Under the pieces are notes generated by a model that was not told the DNA's origin, did no database searches, and saw only the letters and a program-made list of their open reading frames with translations. This document shows positions 1 through 6,937 of a stretch of DNA of 26,075 nucleotides, piece after piece. The stretch's first letter is position 1. Every line of letters starts with the position of its first letter. The translations under genes were made by a program, and so were the position numbers. The DNA comes from Candidatus Aenigmatarchaeota archaeon (GTDB lineage Archaea > Aenigmatarchaeota > Aenigmatarchaeia > Aenigmatarchaeales > JACQIB01): NCBI GenBank assembly GCA_046760225.1, contig JBHIDR010000007.1, positions 1 to 26,075 of the forward strand, in the 5' to 3' direction.

Positions 1-8
1 GGTGTATT

Positions 9-572
9 ATGATGACTGTTTCAAACAAAACACTGGCTACACTGGTTGGAGTTGTGTTAGTAATCTCAGTGATAAGCCTTGGGATGACAGCAATGAGGAT
101 GACAGGTATTAGCACAACAGGAGCTGTTACAGGAACAACACAGGTGAGTGTAGGAGCTTATGCAGCAATATCTCTACCCACAAATACAGTGGACTTCGGA
201 TCAATGAACAACGGGGAAAGCAACGAGACAGGCGATGACGTACCACTGCCTTTCACTGTGCAGAACGACGGCACAGTGGACGTCAATGTCACAATAAATG
301 CATCAGACCTGTGGGATGGTACAGGAGCTCAAAACCCTTCAGTCTATTACAGGTTTACAGCGAACACGAGCTCAGAAGGGACATGCTTTGACACAGGAGA
401 GAGCATAACAACCTATACAAACATGCCTTCATCAGCAACCCTTGCAATAGCCTTCCTAAACTACACTAATTCATGTGATCTGGCAGAAGTTGAGATTAAT
501 GTGACTGTGCCGAGCGACGAGTCAGCTGGTGCAAAAAGCTCAACTGTTTGGTTTATAGGAACACAGTCTTAG
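9..572 (+). CDS. Secreted/surface beta-rich protein (pilin/WxL/TasA-like small subunit candidate)
   Basis: N-terminal hydrophobic helix followed by TTGAVTG; Thr/Ser/Asn-rich beta-strand pattern, several NxS/T sequons and two Cys. GGTG RBS upstream. Family assignment is inference. Confidence 0.65.
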   Translation: MMTVSNKTLATLVGVVLVISVISLGMTAMRMTGISTTGAVTGTTQVSVGAYAAISLPTNTVDFGSMNNGESNETGDDVPLPFTVQNDGTVDVNVTINASDLWDGTGAQNPSVYYRFTANTSSEGTCFDTGESITTYTNMPSSATLAIAFLNYTNSCDLAEVEINVTVPSDESAGAKSSTVWFIGTQS

Positions 573-591
573 ATTGGACGAGGAGAAGCTG

Positions 592-1692
592 ATGAAGAAA
601 GGAATGTTCCTAGTATTCTTTATATTTTCTTTTCTTTTTCTCTCTTCTAATGCCTTAGCAATAGGAATAGGTCCAAGCAGGCTAATAATAGATTTTGAAC
701 CGAATTATGAAGATACCATAACCTATACTGTCATTAATGCTGAGGACATTCTCCTTAGAGCCAGTCTCTATGTTAAGGGGGATTTGAAGGACTACATAAC
801 ACTCAGCACAACAGAGCTTGTTCTTGATCCAGGTGAATCGAAAAGTTTTGAAGTTCGGTTGAAGCTGCCTGCTCAGATTTCGCCTGGAAGGCACGACATA
901 AGGATAGGCGCTTCTGAAGCAGAACCAGCAGGCATAGGAACAGTGGCAGCACTTGCTGCTGTTGAAGCACAGCTCTGGATAGATGCACCATATCCCGGGA
1001 AATATATAGAAGTTGGTTTTGATGCAACAAATGCAGCTGTAAATGAGATGGTTGATTTTACACTAACTGTAACGAACAAGGGGAAGCAGAACCTCTCGAG
1101 CGTGAGTGCAGCAATTGATATCTATGAAAAAAGGAGCAATGAAAAGGTCGGTGATGTTGATATTGCCGGGAAGAGCGTTGCTGTTGGGGATACAGTCGAG
1201 CTTGAGGGCAGGTGGAAGGGGACACAAGTCGGTGCCTACAGGGCTGTTGCAACTGTTTCTTATGATGGCTCTACAAAGACAGCAGAAAAGGAATTCAAGG
1301 TCGGGGACCTTGTGGTAGAAATACTGGGTATAAGGGCAGAGGACATAAGAGAGAACAGCATAGGGAAGATATCAATTGACATAGACAGCCTGTGGAACGA
1401 GGACATAGAGAACGTGTATGCTGAGGTTGATGTCAATGGAGAGAAAATGACATCAGGGCCGATTGTGCTCGGTGCATGGTCAAATGCCACCCTCAACGTG
1501 TTCTGGGACACAGGGGGGGTTTCAGCAGGTGAATATGATGCTGATGTTACTGTCCATTATGCAGGAAAGACAGCAACAAAGAAGATTATCCTGACAGTCA
1601 AGCCAGCACAGAACATCTGGATGTATGCACTTGCCATAGCAATCATACTTGCTTTGCTGTTTTTCATTTTCAGAAGAAAGAGAAAGCGGTAA
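592..1692 (+). CDS. Surface protein with tandem Ig-like (CARDB/DUF916-like) domains and C-terminal TM anchor
   Basis: GAGGAG RBS before ATG 592; signal peptide ending ALA-IGIGP; motifs LDPGESKSFEV and TVTNKG; C-terminal TM helix plus RRKRKR. Confidence 0.7.
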   Translation: MKKGMFLVFFIFSFLFLSSNALAIGIGPSRLIIDFEPNYEDTITYTVINAEDILLRASLYVKGDLKDYITLSTTELVLDPGESKSFEVRLKLPAQISPGRHDIRIGASEAEPAGIGTVAALAAVEAQLWIDAPYPGKYIEVGFDATNAAVNEMVDFTLTVTNKGKQNLSSVSAAIDIYEKRSNEKVGDVDIAGKSVAVGDTVELEGRWKGTQVGAYRAVATVSYDGSTKTAEKEFKVGDLVVEILGIRAEDIRENSIGKISIDIDSLWNEDIENVYAEVDVNGEKMTSGPIVLGAWSNATLNVFWDTGGVSAGEYDADVTVHYAGKTATKKIILTVKPAQNIWMYALAIAIILALLFFIFRRKRKR

Positions 1693-1730
1693 ATATTAAT
1701 CTATTGAAAATGTAAACTGGATTGAGGCAA

Positions 1731-2954
1731 ATGAACAAGAAAATACTTTTGATATTAACAATGATTCTTTTGCTAGTGGCAGCCCTGGACCTACAGTTAA
1801 AATTATCTGAGATTTCATTGCTTCCGCCCCCTGCCACTGCAAAGGCAGTGGGAAATGTTAATCTTTATGTCGGGGACAGGCCTCCCCAATGGTCCAACCA
1901 GAGCCAGAGTTCAAGCAGTCCAGAGGAAGGAAGCTCGAACACGCTGAAGGCATACTGGACAGATGATAAAGGCCTTAATTACACATGGTTGTCAACTAAT
2001 GAGACAGGTAACTGGACAAACCAGACGCCTATGATAATAAGTGGTGTTGGGAACTGGTCCAGCTTCACATGGCAGAACAATTCGCTCAGCGCGGGCACAT
2101 TGGTAGTGTGGAAGATTTATGCTAATGATACGGGCGGAAACGAGAACGTGACCGATATCCTTAACTTCACAATAAAGGAGGCAGCTCCCCCAGCCCCACC
2201 AGGACCTCCAGCTGCGCCTCCAGCAGCACCAGCACCGCCTGCTGTGGCGCCCCCAGGGCCATCCTTTGAGGTTGATACCACGGATCCATCTGCTGCAAAT
2301 ATAACGGGCACGAACCTACCGGCCGGGGATTATGAAGGCGATACTTCCAATTCAACAGAACTCGGCATTTCAAAACTAAGCTTTTCTCTTGAGGAAAGCG
2401 TATCTTATGTCAGGATAATAATAAAGAAAATAGACAGGCCAGCGTATATCACACCAAAAGAGGAAAATTACCAGTACATCAGCATAAGTGTAGAGGGTGT
2501 ACCACCCCAGGAAATAAAGAACATAAGAGTGGACATAAGGGTGGAAAAGGATTGGATGGGGGCAAACAGGATAGATGAGGATACCATAGTGCTCAGCATG
2601 TGGACAGGCAGATGGGAGGAAATAAGAGCATTCAAGGCAAGGGAGGATGCTGACTATGTATACTTCACAGCAACAGTACCTGGAGTAGGAATATTCTCAA
2701 TAAGCGGGGAAAAGGCGCCCATAATTGCAGTACCCTTCCCGGGCCTGCCTGCTGTACAGATAAATGTCCTGTTAATGGAGCTGAACCTGCTGATTTGGTC
2801 ATATCCGCTGCTGCTGGTCATGCTTGCAATAGCGCTCCTATTGTTCTTCATACTTATGCTCTATGGAGAGAGGATAAAGAAGAAGATAAGGAGGATGGAG
2901 ATAATAGAGGTGCTCAAGGATATAATCTTCAGGAAGAAGAAGAGAAAGAAGTAA
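1731..2954 (+). CDS. Membrane-anchored surface glycoprotein with Pro/Ala linker and PGF-pre-PGF-like domain
   Basis: N-terminal hydrophobic segment, NxS/T-rich Ig-like part and APPAPPGPP linker. YQYISI...IRVEKDW...YVYFTATVPGVGIFSI resembles the PGF-pre-PGF domain. Ends in a TM helix and basic tail. Confidence 0.7.
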   Translation: MNKKILLILTMILLLVAALDLQLKLSEISLLPPPATAKAVGNVNLYVGDRPPQWSNQSQSSSSPEEGSSNTLKAYWTDDKGLNYTWLSTNETGNWTNQTPMIISGVGNWSSFTWQNNSLSAGTLVVWKIYANDTGGNENVTDILNFTIKEAAPPAPPGPPAAPPAAPAPPAVAPPGPSFEVDTTDPSAANITGTNLPAGDYEGDTSNSTELGISKLSFSLEESVSYVRIIIKKIDRPAYITPKEENYQYISISVEGVPPQEIKNIRVDIRVEKDWMGANRIDEDTIVLSMWTGRWEEIRAFKAREDADYVYFTATVPGVGIFSISGEKAPIIAVPFPGLPAVQINVLLMELNLLIWSYPLLLVMLAIALLLFFILMLYGERIKKKIRRMEIIEVLKDIIFRKKKRKK

Positions 2955-2988
2955 GATTAATAAATAGGAGAATAATTATACATTCTTT

Positions 2989-3426
2989 ATGAAAAGAGTA
3001 CTGATTTTAGCCTTGATAATGCTTCTCTTTGTGCCTTTGGGAGCTGCCCAGGAAGAGAACATAACAGCGAACATAACAACGAGTGGGGACTGCATATCGC
3101 TTCTTGAGACAGCGCAGCAGTCATTGAACTCACTCAAGAGCGTTTATTTCCTTTTTGCAATACTGTTTGCAGTGCTCCTGATGATAATAGCATTCTCAGC
3201 AATCTACATATTGAAGGTGAGGATAAGGTTGAGGAGGCTGGAGGAGATAGAGGCGTACGAGGCAATTGAGAAGGCAGAAAAAACAGAAAGAAGAGTATCG
3301 AGAAAAGAGATGCCCAAGGAAAAGATTGGATTTTTTGCAAGGTTCAGGAAAAAGAAGGGTAAACCAAAAAAAGTATCGCGAAAGAGAAAGAGAAGAAAGA
3401 AATCAAAGAAAAGGGTGAAGAAGTAA
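2989..3426 (+). CDS. Hypothetical membrane protein with very basic cytoplasmic tail
   Basis: Signal peptide, one TM helix, Lys/Arg-rich C-terminus; stop overlaps next start (TAATG). Confidence 0.7.
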   Translation: MKRVLILALIMLLFVPLGAAQEENITANITTSGDCISLLETAQQSLNSLKSVYFLFAILFAVLLMIIAFSAIYILKVRIRLRRLEEIEAYEAIEKAEKTERRVSRKEMPKEKIGFFARFRKKKGKPKKVSRKRKRRKKSKKRVKK

Positions 3427-3818
3427 TGCCTGAAGATGAAATCGATGCATATCTTGATGAGATAGTAATGGACTTGAGGAGGAAGCTCGAGAGGAAGCTC
3501 GGTGAAGAGACAGATATAATGGCCCTGGAGAGATCAGTAAAGAAAATGGATAATGTGTTGGCATATTTGAAAAAGGAGATGAAGAAGGAATTGGAAGACA
3601 AAAAGAAAGACAAAAAAGCCCTCAAGAAGTCAATAAAGAGGCTTGAAGATACAGTTGACTATATGAGGGAGCAGCTGGAAAAGGAAATAGGAAAGAGAGG
3701 AGAGAAAGATATAAAAGCTTTAATAAAGAAAGCATTAGAGAAGAAGACCGGAAAGATTAAGGAGAAGAAAAAGAAGGAGAAGGAAATAGAGAAAGAATTG
3801 AAAATAACCAGGGAGTGA
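3426..3818 (+). CDS. Hypothetical charged coiled-coil protein
   Basis: Translationally coupled ORF, GGTGA RBS, K/E-rich heptad pattern. Confidence 0.65.
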   Translation: MPEDEIDAYLDEIVMDLRRKLERKLGEETDIMALERSVKKMDNVLAYLKKEMKKELEDKKKDKKALKKSIKRLEDTVDYMREQLEKEIGKRGEKDIKALIKKALEKKTGKIKEKKKKEKEIEKELKITRE

Positions 3819-3822
3819 TTAA

Positions 3823-4236
3823 GTGAAAATTGAAATAAAGCAGGAAAAGGAAAACCCGGTGCTGAAGAGAAAAGAGATAAGGGCCAGGATAGATTATGGT
3901 GGCGGTGCAACGCCGAGCAAGGCAGAGATGCAGGTTGCAATAGCAACTGAAATGAAGGTTGCGCCTGAGAAGGTTGAAATAAGCAGGATAATTTCTGATA
4001 GTGGCTTGCCTGCAGGCACAATATGGGCAAAGATATGGGAGGAAAAGAAAGTGGAAATCTATACCAAAGCAAAAGAAGAGAAGCCGGCAGAAGAAAAGCC
4101 AGTGGAAGCACCAAAGGAGGAAGCACCCAAGGAAGAAAAGCCAGCTGAAGCCCCGAGAGAAGCAAAACCTGAGGCTCCTAAAGAAGAACCAAAGGCTGAA
4201 GAGAAGAAGGAAGAGGAGAAGAAAGAAGGTGAATAA
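3823..4236 (+). CDS. rps24e: 30S ribosomal protein S24e (eS24) with E/K/P/A-rich C-terminal extension
   Basis: KENPVLKRKEI...GATPSK motif; conserved adjacency to S27ae. Confidence 0.92.
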   Translation: MKIEIKQEKENPVLKRKEIRARIDYGGGATPSKAEMQVAIATEMKVAPEKVEISRIISDSGLPAGTIWAKIWEEKKVEIYTKAKEEKPAEEKPVEAPKEEAPKEEKPAEAPREAKPEAPKEEPKAEEKKEEEKKEGE

Positions 4237-4446
4237 ATGGGAAAGAAGAAAGGAAAGAAGGAAAGGAAGGGCAAGAAGCCAAGGAGCAAGAGCAAGCACA
4301 GGAAATCGCAGAAATGGAAGAAGTACAAAGACGGCAAGCCGCAGGGCAAGTTCTGTCCTAGATGCGGTCCCGGAGTCTTTGTTGGGGTGCACAAGGACCG
4401 TGTTGCATGTGGCAAGTGCGGATATGCAGAAGTGCAGAAGAAATAA
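4237..4446 (+). CDS. rps27ae: 30S ribosomal protein S27ae (eS31)
   Basis: [21 protein letters not shown] zinc ribbon. Confidence 0.95.
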   Translation: MGKKKGKKERKGKKPRSKSKHRKSQKWKKYKDGKPQGKFCPRCGPGVFVGVHKDRVACGKCGYAEVQKK

Positions 4447-4470
4447 AAGCCTGTGCGCTAATTCTAAAGC

Positions 4471-5461
4471 ATGATTTGTCTGGGCATCGAGAGTACTGCA
4501 CATATTTAGCAGAAATACTTTCGGTGTTGGAATAGTTTCGGATGAAGGAAAGATTTTAGCTAATGTTAAAGAGATTTATACACCGAAAAAAGGAGGAATC
4601 CATCCGCGCGAGGCTGCTGACCATCATGCTGATATTGTAGGTGAGGCAATTGCACAGGCAATAAAGAAAGCGGGGATTGAAATAAAAGATATAGATGTTG
4701 TTGCATTCTCCCAGGGGCCTGGCCTGCCTCCATGCCTGCGCATAGGCGCAACAGCTGCAAGGATTCTTGCATTTAAACTGGGAAAGCCATTGGTAGGTGT
4801 GAACCATCCAATTGCTCATATAGAGATAGGTAAACTTACGACCGGTGCAAAAGATCCGGTGATAACTTATGTTTCAGGAGGCAATTCGCAATTGCTTGCA
4901 TTCACAGAGGGAAGATATAGAATTTTTGGTGAAGTAATTGACGTTGCAATCGGTAACACAATTGACCAGTTCGCAAGGCAGGCGGAGCTCGGGCATCCAG
5001 GTGGACCAAAGGTCGAGAAGCTTGCAAAGAAAGGCAAGTGGGTTGAATTACCATACGTTGTCAAGGGAATGGACCTGAGCTTTTCAGGAATACTCACTGC
5101 TGCAGTTGACAAACTGAAAAAGGAAAAACTGGAGGATGTCTGCTTTTCCTTGCAGGAGACATGCTTTGCAATGCTCACAGAAGTAACTGAAAGGGCAATG
5201 GCGCATACAGATAAAAATGAAGTACTTCTTACAGGCGGTGTTGCTGCGAACAAGAGATTGCAGGAGATGCTTGAAATAATGTGCAGGGAAAGGGATGCAA
5301 AGTTCTATGTTGTGCCACGCGAATACTCAGGTGACAACGGTGTAATGATAGGCTGGACAGGTTTGCTGGCGTACAAGAGCGGACAGCGGCAGAAGCCTGA
5401 AGAGACAAGAATAGACCGCTACTGGAGAACTGATGATGTTGATGTTACTTGGATGGCTTGA
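4471..5461 (+). CDS. kae1: KEOPS N6-threonylcarbamoyltransferase Kae1; join(4471..4501,4515..5461), 325 aa after removing a 13-nt intron
   Basis: Exon 1 reads MICLGIESTA(H). The second frame continues TFGVGIV...GGIHPREAADHH...FSQGPGLPPCLRIG...VNHPIAHIE...YVSGGNSQ...DNGVMIG with no stops. Usual position after rps27ae. Confidence 0.93.
4502..4514 (+). other. Putative 13-nt bulge-helix-bulge (tRNA-type) mRNA intron in kae1 (ATATTTAGCAGAA)
   Basis: Outer helix 4483-4495/4516-4528 (13 bp incl. G-U), central helix CUGC 4496-4499/GCAG 4509-4512, 3-nt bulges AC^A (4500-4502) and AA^A (4513-4515). Excision restores the frame and the conserved motif. Confidence 0.85.
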
Positions 5462-5464
5462 TAT

Positions 5465-6151
5465 TCACTTCAAAACTCCCAGTTCCATCAGACTAACAAA
5501 ACCCCCGGAGCTAACAATTATGTGGTCAAGAAGCTCAATGCCCATTATCTTTCCTGCCTTAGCTATTTGTCTTGTTATTGCGATGTCTTCTTCACTGGGT
5601 GTTGGATTGCCTGAAGGATGATTGTGTACCAAAATTACTCCTGCAGCACTTTCAGCTAGGGCGGTCTTAAAAATCTCGCGCGGATGGACCAAATTCGCAT
5701 CTAAGCTACCGATTGAGATAGTTTCGCTCTTGATTAGCCTTTTTCTTGAATTAAGATAAAATCCTTTAAGATGTTCCTTTTTCAAATCACGCATCTTAAG
5801 GCCGCATAATCTCACAACATCTGCAGCGCTTTCAATCTTTAAGGACGGGCTGTCCGTATATGATGCTAACCGTTTCCCTAGTTCAAAAGCCGCGATAATC
5901 TGGCATGCCTTGGCTTCGCCAATCCCAAATATTCCTTTAAGTTCTGAAACAGTTATTTGAGAGAGCGCCCCAAGATTATATTTTTTAAGCAAACGCTTGG
6001 TCATGTCAAGAACATTTTCTTTATATGTTCCTTTGCTTATGACAATCGCCAGAAGTTCAGCATCGCTTAGCGCATTTGGTCCGCTATTTATTAACCGTTC
6101 CCTTGGTCTCTCAACAACTGGTAATTCTTTAATCTTGAGTTTGTATACCAT
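5465..6151 (-). CDS. radC: RadC-family JAB/MPN domain protein
   Basis: ERPRERL..GPNALSDAELLAI, GIGEAKA HhH, VHPREIF, HNHPSG..PS..D, LLDHII. Confidence 0.93.
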   Translation of the reverse strand: MVYKLKIKELPVVERPRERLINSGPNALSDAELLAIVISKGTYKENVLDMTKRLLKKYNLGALSQITVSELKGIFGIGEAKACQIIAAFELGKRLASYTDSPSLKIESAADVVRLCGLKMRDLKKEHLKGFYLNSRKRLIKSETISIGSLDANLVHPREIFKTALAESAAGVILVHNHPSGNPTPSEEDIAITRQIAKAGKIMGIELLDHIIVSSGGFVSLMELGVLK

Positions 6152-6172
6152 TAACACAACCTAGATAAAATG

Positions 6173-6454
6173 TCAGGAGCTGCGTTTGAGTTTTAGCAAT
6201 TTGTCCCTGATAATCTTGCCTCTTGGTGTTAGAACATAGAGCCGGCCTGTTTTTGACTTCGGATTCAGGCACTTTGCAAGACCCCTTTCTCTGAACTCAC
6301 TTAATATCCTGCTCGTGGCATTCAGCGAGTAATTTGAAGTTTTTGCTATATGTGTTGGGGTGGCGGCTTCCTTCACCTTGATGTGTTGAATGATTGTACG
6401 GCGTTGTTTGCCCCTGATAACCCAGCTAAGATCCTCGAGCTCAGCTTTTGACAT
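6173..6454 (-). CDS. Winged-helix (MarR/ArsR-like) transcriptional regulator
   Basis: TPTHIAK...ATSRILSEFRERGLAKCLNP...GRLYVLTPRG. Confidence 0.85.
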   Translation of the reverse strand: MSKAELEDLSWVIRGKQRRTIIQHIKVKEAATPTHIAKTSNYSLNATSRILSEFRERGLAKCLNPKSKTGRLYVLTPRGKIIRDKLLKLKRSS

Positions 6455-6487
6455 GCCTATACAAAGAATTATTTGGAATTAATAATG

Positions 6488-6561
6488 CTACTTTAAATCT
6501 ACTTTAAATTTAGTTTAAAAGACACATAAAAAGTTTATAAACTTATAGTCTAATTATAGAC
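6488..6561. promoter_or_regulatory. Divergent promoter region with 11-bp tandem repeats and two palindromes
   Basis: CTACTTTAAAT x2 (6488-6509) plus degenerate third copy (6510-6520); palindrome AAGTTTATAAACTT (6531-6544, contains a TATA-like box); inverted repeat GTCTA-atta-TAGAC (6548-6561). Confidence 0.55.
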
Positions 6562-6861
6562 ATGGTAAAATGCTGGATTTGTGGTCGATCACCCAGAAAG
6601 GTGCTCGAGGCACTGTGGGCAACCCTCGGGCTTAAGCGAGCTGTTACTGAGCAGCAGGTAGCCTGGTTCACAAAGAAATTTGGCAGTTTCATGGCATATC
6701 CAGATGACGAAACCGAGGTAGAAGTGGTTTGTTGCCCTGTGTGTGGGAATATAATCCGTGAGCAAGCATTTGATGAGATCGATACTGGTTTTGATGAGCT
6801 ATGGGAAGGCTTTGCTGCAAAAAAGCGATTTGTTCTTGAAGTTGATGAGACTTCAGAATAA
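6562..6861 (+). CDS. Small hypothetical Zn-finger protein
   Basis: CWIC and CPVC pairs; TATA-like box about 25 nt upstream, suggesting a leaderless transcript. Confidence 0.65.
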   Translation: MVKCWICGRSPRKVLEALWATLGLKRAVTEQQVAWFTKKFGSFMAYPDDETEVEVVCCPVCGNIIREQAFDEIDTGFDELWEGFAAKKRFVLEVDETSE

Positions 6862-6937
6862 CTTTAAGAGGTTGCGGGGAAATGATGATGTTGAAATCAC
6901 TTGGCTTTAAGAATGATGAAATCAGATTTTTCTTTAG

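Noticed and set aside
2185..2260. GC-rich CCAGCA-like repeats
   Set aside because: Simply encode a Pro/Ala linker; not CRISPR or a mobile repeat.
3659..4503. Long minus-strand ORFs (168, 248, 118 aa) and plus-strand 4001..4474
   Set aside because: Shadows of purine-rich ribosomal protein genes.
4790..5461. ORF-track 223-aa Kae1, or a kae1 pseudogene call
   Set aside because: The conserved N-terminal ~100 aa are present upstream without decay. A single 13-nt BHB-framed insert explains the break better than truncation or a 1-nt sequencing error.
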